The position numbers and the translations under genes are program-made. The notes beneath the pieces were generated by a model, which saw only the letters and a program-made list of their open reading frames with translations, searched no databases and was not told the origin of the DNA. 64,000 bases of DNA from Orbicella franksi (Eukaryota): NCBI GenBank assembly GCA_964199315.1, contig OZ116700.1, forward strand, positions 23,994,001 through 24,058,000, given 5' to 3'. Positions 52,001 to 61,800 of the stretch are shown here, in pieces (positions within the stretch are counted from its first letter, which is position 1; each line of letters starts with the position of its first letter).

Positions 52001-55000
52001 TGTCTAGACGAACGGGAGAAATCGGGTTAAAACAGAGTAAAAGGTTTCTTACCACGATTTCGATCAGAAGGGTTCAGATTGGAGTTGACAAATTGGATTT
52101 TACCTACCCTGTCTCGGTACAAGTTTGCACTGCTGCAATTTTGTGAGCGTCCCATACAGTAGCACGACACACAGCGTTCCTGAACTGCATAGGGTTGCTC
52201 GTCTGGGCTACAAAAGCCATCTGATGGTAATAAAAATTTTCTTTTAAATATGATTAGAGGAAGAAACCTATTACGCAAAGTTGCACTATGCTCAATTTTT
52301 ACCTAGGGGCCTTTCTTAGATCGAGGAGGTCAGCAGCCAACACACCGGTACTTAAGCAACGGTTTTTATCCTCTTTTTGGTAAGCAGGACATAATTTGAC
52401 GGTCTGTAAGGGTGCAATGTTTGCACCACAAAACATACATTTCAGCCGAACTTCGCTTTTCTTGTGGGCCATTTAACCGACCCATTCCTTCGTGAGAATT
52501 GTTTTAAGGAAACTGTTCAACTCAGCTACAGTGGAACCTCGTTAATACGGTAACCAGCGGGCCACAAAAATCTGGCCGTATTAACGGGGTGGCCGTATTT
52601 AAGGGTTCTTTAAATAAGAATATGACTGACTCAGCTTTTGCTCGGGCCAGAATAAAGTGGCCGTAATAACGAGGTCGCCGTATTAACGGGGTGGTCGTAA
52701 GGCGGTGTTCCACTGTATTCTATTCAACGGGTTTATTCCAGGTTCAGGAAGTCAGAAACTGGTATCAGTCTGTGCATGACGAATGAAACGAGTAGACACA
52801 AAAAGCCCGGAATAAAAGTAAAACACCTTGCAGTGGTACTGACTACTACATTCAGTGCCATCGCTTCTCCCTCTCTCTTTCACGTTTAGGTATTTCCCAT
52901 ATACAACCATGGTTAGAAGTGTTTGATTATGTTCAGGCCTGTAGGTCAGGATAAGAAGCACAGTTACCTGGTCTTATGGGAGCACATTGACTATCAATAT
53001 GACACATCTGGTGGAGTTTTTGAATAACAGTCTCTGAAAGGGCACAATAGTAAATGTAAAACTCGTCAATGTATCCTGAGAGTTTAAACTCCAACGCCTC
53101 GTTGATTGAGTATTTGCCAATAGTAGTAAACTCACTCCACGCTACCTCCAGACGTTCACCATTGGACTCGCCTTGCAATATTTCCTTTCCATTAATAAAC
53201 ACTGAGGCTCGGTTTCTGCGTGCGTCATATTGCGCCACAATATGTGTCCACATATGGGGTGCTACAACTGGGTTTGGGCTTAACAGTGCAAAAGTCGCTC
53301 GTGGCGGACTCGTTTCAAAGTATAACCACGTCACATGACCTTGAGCAATCTCAAATCGAAGTTCACCAGTTTGCCCTTTTATGAGAAGAATCGGTTGAAT
53401 GCCAGAGGTGGTTTGCAAGTTAACCCAAACGGAAATGGTGATTGCATCGGTTACCTTTGCATATTTTGCACTCTTAAATTGCACGACTTCAACGTTCACG
53501 TTTGCAAAGTTGCTGCACGGCGCGTCGGCAATGTCGGCTATACGGGACTGGGCACGGCGTACGTCATGTTTGTCGTGTACTAAGTCAGCGGTTGCATTGT
53601 CAAATCCAAGGTGCAATTCGGGCGTGCAACATCCTGTCAAAGTAGAGAAACTTCTATGAAAAGAAACTAATTGATGGATTAAGGAAAGGGAATACAAGTT
53701 AGATTTTCCACTCTTGCCGCTTTTTTGGACGGTAATTCGGGGTGGGCATACTTCACAAAGTTTTTGGTAGGGGTATGTCTTGGGTTTCGCCAGAAATTTC
53801 AAGTGATTTCAGTTCATAACTCGATAGGTTTACAAATAAGTTGCAAAACTTTACCCCCTTTGTTTTTTTGCCTGTGTTTGCTTGCTTGTCTCAAAGTTAC
53901 CTGTTGGAAAATACGTGTCTTTTTTGTAGACAGCACAGACAAAGTGTGTCATTTTCTGCTATCCATAGCTACAGCTGCATTAGTTTGATTCTTATGGAAC
54001 ATGCTCTGACCAATTTAACAATGACAACAATATAATCGGTTCAGACGTTTCGTTTACTTGCTACTTAACGTTTTCGTTCATTTCTATTCCCACTCTCCTG
54101 AATTTTCATACGATTTTTGTTTGGGGCGAACGAAAAGGGCAGGCCCGGGGGGTGACCTAACAGATCTGGACGAGGATGTTTCGTGCCAAATTTTTCCGCA
54201 GCATTGCTACACGTGTGCAAGAAAAGCTGACAAATTTGATTGTGCTTTTCCAAAGATACTCTCTAACTCGGCAACGGGGAATCGGGAAATCGGAAAACAT
54301 AGAAAGGGGAACGGAGAACGGGGAACGTGGAATCCCTAAAAAGGGGAATCTCTAAAAGGGGGAATCTTGAAAACGGGAATCTCTAAAAGGGGGAATCTTG
54401 AAAACGGGAATCTCTAAAAGGGGGAATTTCTAAAACGGGAAATCTCTAAAAGGGGGAATCTCTAAAAGGAGGAATCTCTAAAACGGGGAATCTCTAAAAG
54501 GGGGAATCTCTCCCTGAACAATAGCTAATGATGTTAATCTCCCGCTACGATTTGCCGCGTTGGTCGCAATGAGAACATGCTGAGGTTAACAATCCCTCAT
54601 CGCTTCGTAAATCTGTTCCGCATATAAAAGCGAGGGAAGGTCGCATCGTTATCACTCTTTAAGAATCGATCAAGTTTTAATTTAAGTTTCAAATGAGGTA
54701 TGATCTCACAGGACATTTTAAAGGAATATCAAAAGGCTTCTGGAGTTTCTGGAGTTTATCAATGTTGTGAAGTTAAAAGTGTAACATAACACATTTATAA
54801 CTCTCGAGATTAATCCTGTCAACATACAACACGCCACAAACCTGGTGGTCTATTGCTTGCCGGAGGATTCTCATCTCGGATAGCTGACTCATAATGAATA
54901 CCTCTGTCATAAATTCCTTTGCTTTCCTCGGGCGAATTCCGCTTGTCAACCGATAAGCTATCTGGGAACTAGATAAGGAAAAAATTGAGACATTTAAAAA

Positions 55001-55987
55001 TGCGGAGAATGTTTACAAACCTTGTTAGCCAAGACGAAAATCTCTATAAAATTCTGTCTAATCCGATGCCTGGCCTAGTAAGAGCTGTGTTTTTTAAGCA
55101 GGCCGTGAAAGAAAGGGCAAGATTGGTTTGAAAATCAAAAGCTTTATCGTTCACAGCGTCTATATTATTCGGATGATTTTATCATTGACATAGTTTTGAT
55201 AAGACCTCCTTTGGGTGCCATATCGGTTTCTCCCGCGATTCAAAGGCTCAGTAAATAAATCATCAAAGGAATGTATTTGATCTGAGGCCTATGAAAACAA
55301 GGCAGCTACAGGTTGACGGTTTAAATAATATCTTGAATAATTTTCAAAGTAAAACCTCTGAAGAAAATTTGGTCCAAAATCAATGAAAAAGTAACTAAAT
55401 GCCTTCAGTTTCATTACCTTTTCTTATCGATGAGTCTTTCTTTGCAATACATCCGATTCGATTGAAATATTTCAAAATGTTTATTTATTTACTTTTCATG
55501 AATAGAATTGTAAGCACGCAGATAAGCACTGTACATAGCAAATTTCCATCTTCGATAAAATGTTCTGCGACTAATCTTCAAACAGGGTTTTTAGAATACA
55601 CCGTATATGCGTGATGTCCTCCGGGTGCCAGGCCCCACGGATACAATTTCAGATTTCGGTCTGTTCAAGTAGAGGAATATATCAGTCTTGCTAAACCCAG
55701 AGGCGTGCTTTGTATTGTAAGCCGAAACAGTGCAAAGGTAAAATAATTCTCTGGAGATGCGTGCACTACATTATTTTGGGAATCACGCTGCGAAATTCAA
55801 AAGTAGGCTTCGTGTACCCACAGGCTGGATCAAGTTCTTTTTCATTGTTGCCGCATCAACGAAAATTTCACGCTCATTCCTAACTGAAGTAAAAAACCCT
55901 CACCTGTAAAGATCGGCTGACAATAAACTGGAGCAGGACCAGGAAACCAAACACGCATGGTAACGTATGGGAATATCGAGGCCACAT
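10549..55987 (-). CDS. HSPG2: Perlecan / basement membrane heparan sulfate proteoglycan core protein, complete spliced CDS, 58 exons, ~4,419 aa
   Basis: Exons in transcript order: 55904-55987, 53855-53900, 52968-53633, 52108-52220, 51111-51293, 47085-50721, 46618-46706, 45771-45857, 45536-45660, 45345-45456, 44470-44574, 43938-44065, 43481-43567, 42925-42995, 42712-42785, 42159-42299, 41286-41477, 41110-41202, 40554-40637, 40118-40236, 39906-40017, 39433-39552, 39213-39340, 38998-39084, 38290-38345, 37940-38016, 32965-33105, 31932-32120, 31394-31486, 31040-31123, 30496-30614, 29417-29528, 28544-28657, 27919-28046, 27741-27827, 27253-27314, 26303-26572, 25521-25796, 25165-25437, 24314-24586, 23617-23886, 22667-22933, 21558-21827, 20603-20878, 19821-20075, 19028-19288, 17822-18088, 17248-17508, 16581-16782, 15643-15935, 14541-14804, 13479-14258, 12452-12530, 12167-12242, 11807-11856, 11568-11651, 11125-11228, 10549-10712. 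All introns are GT-AG, phases are compatible, and the total of 13,260 nt is divisible by 3. The order L4/LE x3, Ig x12, LG-EGF2-LG-EGF2-LG matches perlecan domains III-V. Motifs such as [24 protein letters not shown] and the Cys-reduced LE start TCDSRGS...KCLCK resemble vertebrate perlecan domain III as I recall it. Confidence 0.93.
12561..12825 (+). mobile_element. Short non-autonomous RTE-type retroposon (5' UTR fused to 3' tail) in a perlecan intron
   Basis: Flanked by a 9-bp direct repeat AAGTTAGCA (12552-12560 and 12826-12834). The 5' part resembles RTE 5' UTRs (ctggtcctccaggtt.ggggttgggcg..aggctaa). The 3' part ggccctatgtgcc... ends in (GGTGAA)2. Confidence 0.6.
17248..26572 (-). CDS. 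HSPG2: Perlecan domain IV: 12 I-set Ig domains, one per exon (exons 37-48)
   Basis: Twelve exons of 255-276 nt, all phase 1-1. Each has C-x-A/V-x-G-x-P-x-P...W and D-x-G-x-Y-x-C motifs. Eleven match ORF-track entries; 23617-23886 was found by manual translation. Confidence 0.92.
18588..18904. mobile_element. Harbinger-like MITE
   Basis: Repeated gtccacact/gaaaacg motifs and imperfect inverted ends. The family assignment is inference. Confidence 0.5.
18961..19008. repeat. (AAT)n microsatellite
   Basis: Directly visible. Confidence 0.9.
22171..22576. mobile_element. MITE-like interspersed repeat (ttatatgg...ccatataa)
   Basis: Short inverted termini. A second copy in opposite orientation at 29632-29940 shares caagatggctggatattggcc. 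Confidence 0.7.
24619..24746. repeat. Recent 65-bp-period tandem duplication in a perlecan intron
   Basis: caagagcggaaaggctgttgaagccagaatgatagagtagcaagaaatggttaataaaacgaa at 24619 and 24684, identical over 63 bp. Confidence 0.95.
27253..33105 (-). CDS. HSPG2: Perlecan domain III: third laminin IV(B) domain and final laminin-EGF repeats (exons 27-36)
   Basis: [114 protein letters not shown]. Confidence 0.9.
28983..29268. mobile_element. MITE with ~24-bp inverted termini; related copy at ~41820-42059, fragment at ~59720-59780
   Basis: tagagcggttttcatttgagtgtc ... gacactcaattgaaaactgctcta, with internal aaccaatca/gattggt motifs shared with the other copies. Confidence 0.75.
29632..29940. mobile_element. 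Second copy of the 22171-22576 repeat family, opposite orientation
   Basis: ggccaatatccagccatcttgacc...ttggtcaataaccc is the reverse complement of the 22175-22220 segment. Confidence 0.7.
33668..33834. mobile_element. Small GC-rich MITE
   Basis: cagaggcggatc ... gatccgtcactg inverted termini and G/C runs inside. Confidence 0.55.
35273..35338 (-). CDS. Candidate alternative first exon of perlecan: second signal peptide [22 protein letters not shown]
   Basis: Inside the 4.8-kb intron 33106-37939. Start context ACA-ATG, in-frame upstream stop, signal-peptide-like composition, strong donor CAG|GTAAGC in phase 0, which matches exon 27 (33105). Confidence 0.5.
37378..37743. mobile_element. Harbinger-like MITE in the large perlecan intron
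   Basis: aggccccatccac ... gtggaccctgcct imperfect inverted termini and tccacac/gaaaacg internal motifs like 18588-18904. Confidence 0.55.
37940..44574 (-). CDS. HSPG2: Perlecan domain III: laminin-EGF repeats, second laminin IV(B) domain, laminin-EGF repeats (exons 11-26)
   Basis: Cys-rich LE exons ([54 protein letters not shown]) and L4 exons ([60 protein letters not shown]). Confidence 0.9.
45345..52220 (-). CDS. HSPG2: Perlecan domain III, first laminin IV(B) domain, interrupted by the mucin-like insert
   Basis: Exons give [38 protein letters not shown], then the insert, then [35 protein letters not shown] and [16 protein letters not shown]. These are the conserved L4 motifs in order. 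Confidence 0.88.
47085..50721 (-). CDS. HSPG2: 3,637-nt exon encoding ~1,212 aa, mostly Thr/Ser/Asp/Pro-rich mucin-like repeats
   Basis: Uninterrupted ORF 47017-50766. Acceptor ttttgttatcaaag|CTA TCA AGT TAT GGT, donor CCA G|GTTTGT in phase 1, matching the next exon 46618-46706. Confidence 0.8.
47160..50110 (-). repeat. Coding tandem repeat, ~120-bp (40-aa) unit, roughly 25 copies
   Basis: Lines 47281, 47401, 47521, 47641, 47761, 47881 and 48001 are nearly identical at 120-bp spacing (unit [39 protein letters not shown]). Copies further upstream in the transcript are more diverged. Confidence 0.92.
52529..52715. mobile_element. TA-flanked MITE (Tc1/mariner/pogo-like)
   Basis: TA|CAGTGGAAC ... 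GTTCCACTG|TA terminal inverted repeats and internal ggccgtattaacggg repeats. Confidence 0.8.
52968..53633 (-). CDS. HSPG2: Perlecan exon 3: concanavalin A-like / LamG_3 (pentraxin-like) domain
   Basis: Within ORF 52933-53802. Motifs [17 protein letters not shown]...ASVFINGK and [14 protein letters not shown] are typical of LamG_3 folds. Acceptor ctttgacag, donor G|GTAAC, phase 1-1. Confidence 0.8.
53855..53900 (-). CDS. HSPG2: Perlecan exon 2: short basic linker [15 protein letters not shown]
   Basis: Acceptor attttccaacag, donor G|GTAAAG. Its 46 nt convert phase 0 to the phase 1 needed by the next exon. No homology support. Confidence 0.55.
54273..54511. repeat. Minisatellite of ~14-15-bp units (gggaatctctaaaag / gggaatcttgaaaac)
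   Basis: Directly visible tandem array in perlecan intron 1. Confidence 0.9.
55904..55987 (-). CDS. HSPG2: Perlecan exon 1: signal peptide [28 protein letters not shown]
   Basis: ATG at 55987, hydrophobic core [13 protein letters not shown], ends CAG|GTGAG in phase 0. The frame differs from the ORF-track call 55842-56069. Confidence 0.8.
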
Positions 55988-56364
55988 CACGTTGGAGAAG
56001 AGTTTGTTCCCTGAGTTGCCACTCGGCAGAGGGTACTAAGGAAACTGTATACTTGGATCTTTGCAGCAAACAGATACCAGCTTAATTATCTCGATAGCCT
56101 TATCTCCAACCTTGTAAGTGCAAAGAAAATAGCGAGCCCGAGGTCGCGTAGATGGTTAGTTGGCGGAAGTTGGATAATTGCGTTGAGAGGTTTACCCATC
56201 GCGACACCTAAGAACGCACTGCGATTGGTGGAGACGCTTGTATCTACTGCACAGCGCAACGCGACAGATGTAACACACAAAAAACATACTCTTCGCTATT
56301 TACCGCGAAAAGCTATAATAAAAGGATAAATGAGCGTTTGTTAGGATTGTATGCGTGGGAATGT

Positions 56365-56512
56365 AAAAGGTGAAAGATAAAGTCTGCATTAGGCCAAGTG
56401 GTCCCAAGTGGTCCATTCCGCCTGACTTTATTTCCGTGTTCCGTAGCATGAAGCGACTTGGAGTCCCAACTAGGAACATGTCTACTCCCTCCTAGATGGG
56501 ATACCAATCTAT
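56365..56512 (-). mobile_element. 3' fragment of a SINE-like repeat upstream of perlecan exon 1
   Basis: The minus strand reads gcgatag...tatcccatctaggagggagtag...gtcgcttcatgctacgg...ccacttggcctaatgcagacttt, which resembles marine-invertebrate SINE 3' regions (from recollection, not searched). Confidence 0.45.
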
Positions 56513-57967
56513 CGCAAACCTAGCAATGTATACTCCCATAAAAACAAGAACATTTTTAGGTATGAATTTCTCTCTTGAAAACTTCTTTTATCGCCTATTT
56601 AAACGTCCACTCTTATCAGCACGAATTTCTGTAACATTGCATGAGCAAATAAACAGATCGTTTCCTATCGATTTCAAGTGTTGCGTGTTTGACGTTATCT
56701 TCTAATCTAGCTGTCACTTGTCAAGGTTGCGTGTGGTGATAACACAACACAGATACCGCAGTCATCCCATTCCCTCTATGACCAGAAGCTTGAGCTGCGC
56801 CTAAACTCTCTTGCCTAAACTGTCATGGGTATACCAATACCAAGTATTCATTCAACTATCCTTCCTTTGTCTCCTTTTCATAGGGTTAATTGTTCTCTAT
56901 TTGTCATGACATCTTTTGTTACCGCTTTGGACGAGAGTTAATCATGGCAGATTTAATGTGATTTTTTCACTTAGAAAAGTAAACACATTCTTTGTACGTT
57001 ACTAAACGAATAAAGGAAAAGAATCACTGAAAAATATCGACTCTGACGAGTTATACACATCAATGCTTGCTTTTGCACCATAAAAAATACCCCCTTATGT
57101 CACTGAGAATTGCAAACAGGTTACATGACTGCGGCCACTGTTCTCTCATGTTTATTAAGGAGAACAAGAATGTATTTTTCGGTGTTAGAGTACAAGCTAT
57201 GCGGTGAAAAGAGTGTAAAGGTAAAACCTGTCATGCAATGAAACGGATACATGCAACCGCAATTTAATGAATGTCAACGACAGGAAGAACTTAACACGGA
57301 TCTCTATCGTCTGACGGCACCTTGCAGTCGCAACAAATCTCTTGTCGGTAAAGCCAATACGAACTCGGTTTACATTTCACGCCCACACCAAACGGGAACG
57401 AGAAACGTGGAAATGGCCGAACCAAATCTCTTTGGATCAGCATGTATATCGCAGGTCCACGAAGAATTTGAATGGCTTGCATAGATTGCTTCCATGAACA
57501 TAAAAAAGTTTACATATGGACCTTATAAACGAGAGACACTAAACAAAAAATTACACTCGGCACACACCGTCAACTAACATGATTCTAACAAGGCCCCCTG
57601 AAACTATACAAACACGTTTTGTCCATGAATATCAGTGGACTTCACTTTGGAACTAGAGACGTCACCTTTGTATGACATCCGAGACTGAGCTCGGAACAAC
57701 GCTCTCCAAAACCAACCATTTTGTCAGCATAAACATCCCCAAAGAACAGTTTTGAATGTTTTAGTAGATTTATGACTCAGAACAAATATTTTAGCTACGT
57801 GGATGTCGTTCGGGGTTTGGGGTGAGGGAATTAAACAGCTACTTTGCGCGAGGCTAGGTAAAATGATCTCTACTCTTGAGTGTTAAAACTTTATTCACGT
57901 ATTTAAAAATTCGTATGTAGGGCAAAGGCTAAATCATGTTGCAAGGCCATTTTTTCTTCAATCAGAA

Positions 57968-58256
57968 GGGCCGCGTGGTCGAGTGGTCATAGCGCCGGAC
58001 TTGAAATCCGGAGATCGCGGGTTGAAGTCTCGCCTCTTTCCGCTAAGGTTGTTTCTCGGTAGACCCCAGTTCAACTCCTCAGTCATTCTTGTACATAGCT
58101 AGCCAACTGGTCTGCTTCCCGCCAGTTGGGATTTTTAAGCCTATCATATTTAGTTGATAGATTTGTTTCTTTCAGTTTAAGTGGCATGCCTGTAATATCT
58201 AAGCGCAACAATACCAGCAACAACAACATCATCAACAACAACAACAACAACAACAA
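57968..58256 (+). mobile_element. tRNA-derived SINE with (AAC)n tail
   Basis: Head GGGCCGCGTGGTCGAGTGG (A box), GGA-CTTGAAA-TCC anticodon-like arm, degenerate B box GGGTTGAAGTCTC, unrelated body, (CAA)n tail. Confidence 0.75.
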
Positions 58257-58856
58257 AGTGATCGCTGCGGCGCGGATTTAAGTTGATCGTATGATCCTAC
58301 CCCTACACGCACCGAATCTCACTCATTTCCCCTTGGCTTAAAAAGGCATACAAAAGGGACAGGAGCCAAACTACCAGTGCCTTCAGACGAGAATAAATAC
58401 GAGTTTCCAAACTTAGCGCGCATGCTCCAGATCATCCCGTTACAGGCGTATCTCGTTTCCAGGACCTACGCCTCCACTGGACAAGAGCGAGTACACCACC
58501 TCTGGGAACGACATCGATTTAAAACCCGCATCATGCTCATATGAAGGTCCCATGCATATTCTAAGTTTGGGTCCAATTTTCGAATTTCCTCGCGACCACC
58601 AGTGATCAAATGGGACTGACTAGGCTTCAAGTAATAGTATCACTGACGAAAACCTGACATTAGGCACACAAATACCAGTGTGGTACATATTTGAATACTT
58701 CAACATATTTGATATTTCTCGTGCATTGCCTTCGAGTGCCTTTCGTGTAATTCTCTCTAAAACTACTATTGTGGTATGACCTAAATTCATTTGCAATTGC
58801 GGCTATAATAAGCCTCTTATTAGGAAAATTCTGTCAACATTTCAGCAGTTTTTTTT

Positions 58857-61800
58857 TCAGAGGAATTCCTCTATGTCCAGTTCAAGCACTGCGCATGGCA
58901 GATTCAATTCAAAGTTGTTGACGACTTCAGGATGTAGGACTCCCATGATTCCTATCGGCTTTCCGTTGGCGATAATTTGCGCACAACGACCAGGGAAGAA
59001 AGTTTCATCTGAAATAGAAATAAGTGAGCGAGTGAGTGAGTGCGTGACTGAGCGAGCGAGTTAGCGAATGAATGAGCGAACGAATAAATACACAATAAGA
59101 TATAATAAGTGAAGTCCATACATTACGCCGATGTATATATAGAGAGAGTTTCTGTAGGGGGGTACAGAAAAGAACGAAATGTCTGAAAATACAAGAGACA
59201 ACATTTCTGGGGAAGATTGCAAGCCAAATACTTTGCAAGAAATCTTTCAAACTGTGAAAGGAGCAGTAAGGGATACCTTCGTGCGCCTTCAAGTAATATC
59301 CGTGTACAGATGTCTTATCTTCCGAGTACGGTACTTCAAGAAGCTGCATGGTGCGGTCCAACAAACCATGAATGACCTGAAATAAGCAAAACAACATTGT
59401 TTGGAGATGGGCTTGGAAAGTGAGAAACTAAACCGAACACACGCTGCTTAAGAATCACAAATCTATAAAGAACAGAAGTAATACTACCAACTGGAGTAAA
59501 CATTGGTACAGTGAAGCAAAGTCTTGGTTTTTATATCGATCTGCCTCCAAGAAGATTACCAAACGCGCAGTCGCTCGAGACGCAACTCCCGCTATGCGCT
59601 TGCTACAGTAACAAGCGCTCTATCTGTAGAACCGCAAGCAACCTTTTTTTTCCTTAGAGGAACGGTTTTGCAGAGATTGCGATAAAACCAGAAAAAAAGT
59701 AACCACTAAAAGACACCAAGTCCAGTGAACCAATCAGAACTGGGAACGAAAGAATTCAACCGCCGCCAAGCACAGGGCGTAAGCTTAGTCATGTTATCAG
59801 ATTTAGTGCTTACTAATTTACGATTTTATTTTTTACCACGAGATCTGCACGAGTAAAACCAAAGCAAGATTTCAACACAGGACGTCCTTTGACGCGAGTT
59901 TGTTGGATCAAACGCAGGGCACTATTTATTCTTGAGTCCATGTGTAATAATTGTCAGCGGTGACAGTAATACCAGTCTAAACGCTTTTTTCACTCACCTC
60001 AAATCCCGGAGTCTTGTTGTAATTCACGGCACAGAAACGGCGATGATTCCGAGCTCCGACATCTGAAGGAAACATTGGTTGTGTTATGGCAACTTGAATT
60101 TGAATTGAAAAGCTGAAGAGGCGTCGCCTGCGGTGCAGCCGGAAAAGACTCGTATCCGGGTCATGTTATGGGAAAAGGTGGGAAAAAATAACGACGCTAT
60201 CTTTCCTTTGACCCTTCTAATGACACCCCTCGCGCCTTAATTCAGCCTGGTAACCAATTTTCTCTTCCCAAAAACACAAAAATATCGACTGGGTGCGAGT
60301 CTGCAGCCGGACGTCACTCTAAAATCAGTCGATATAATGGCTGGCGGCGTAGACTGCAGGCTTCAGGGTATTTATGTACGACCGATTGATACACACAATG
60401 CAGGTTACAGTCATCCACACTGAGAAAACGATACCGGATCCGGTACTTACAAGTAAAAAACAGGTTAAGTTTTCTGCGTTCAAGTGAAAGGACTAGTCTC
60501 TTTCGAGGATCACGTAAGAGGACGCAAATTACTAGCTACAGTTACGTTTCATAGTCTGTGAATTCAAACTTTACCTTTCTTGTCATCACTGTGTACCACA
60601 TCGGAGATTTCAAACAGTTTCATTGGAAGCGGCATCTTTTTGTTACAACTAACAGTCTTCAGAAGACCGGGAATGAGTGTTGTCCTGGCAACCTACAGCA
60701 CAGCATCACTATGGTTACTGACATTGCTTTCTTCATATTAAACATGCTTTCACTGAATAGTCAAAATAGTCAAGAAAAGAGACGTAATTGGCTAATAATC
60801 CTTCATGTTACAAAGAGCCTCCTACTCTCATAACTTGATAAGAAATATTCCACACACGCCAATAATTACCACATGTATATGAACTTGTTATCAAGAAACG
60901 TCAGGTTACTTAGCAACAGTGCTAACGAAACCGGGGGTTCACCCACACCCTTCAGCCGAGAGGTTCTTGACTCTCGACCCACAACAGAAGATGTGAAAAA
61001 GGATTTCCTAGCAACAGCACTGTATATTTTAAGCAACAATAGATAGCACTTAACCCTTACACAAAACTCTTTTCCTTAATAATCTTTCTACATTCCCTTT
61101 ACCAAAGGTTGGATGACTAGGCATTGCTTCAAACGCGATCAGTTTTCTTATTGTTATAACACATGCCTATCAGCTATGTGCGGCTACGCAACGATATTAG
61201 ATACATTATGTCCGTGTTGAGAAACGATGGAGGCTTCACTTGCTTTCGAAGACATTTAATGTCTAAGTTATACATGTAACAAGGGTGCCTTACTTGGAAT
61301 TCCAGTGTTTTTGGATTTGCTATGTGTACAGCTTTGGATGACGATAACGGCTTCTTGAGTTTCTCTGACACATCATCCCGTGAATACTGTGGAAAACATG
61401 AACATGACTGTATCTAAAATTTGATCGGCTACAAACCAGAACTTTACGAACTCTATTTCAATAGCGGTTACCTCTGTATATCGCAGGTTTTATGTACATA
61501 ACAAAGACATTATTCTAATCTGCAGATACATTTTGTGTATTGCTAGAGGAAAGTGGTCGCTAAAGAGGAGGGCTTAAGGAGGTAGTTAACCCTTATTTTG
61601 AGAAAAAAGTCGAACATTTCATAAAAACTACTTTGAGCCCCCCTAAGACCCCTATCTATTCAATTTTTATAATCCGCATTTATTTTTTGAAAAATTTGAA
61701 AATCCCGCCTAAAACGGCTAATTAATTGAGAAGCGGTCAATTATTTATGCATAGCAACCGTCTGTTTACACTTTGTTTATTTTGGTTGTCATGGGACTTT

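Noticed and set aside
54273-54511. Repeat array resembling CRISPR
   Set aside because: Units are contiguous without unique spacers, the context is a eukaryotic intron, and there are no cas genes.
54700-55400. Protein-like stretches ([52 protein letters not shown]) in intron 1
   Set aside because: Many stops and frameshifts, no recognisable family. Possibly a decayed transposon but not supportable.
55842-56280. ORF-track ORFs 55842-56069 and 56086-56280 as perlecan N-terminus
   Set aside because: A different frame (ATG 55987) gives a clear signal peptide ending at the GTGAG donor. These ORFs lack one.
57968-58040. Possible tRNA-Ser(UGA) gene
   Set aside because: No variable arm, degenerate T-arm and acceptor stem, and it continues into a SINE body and tail.
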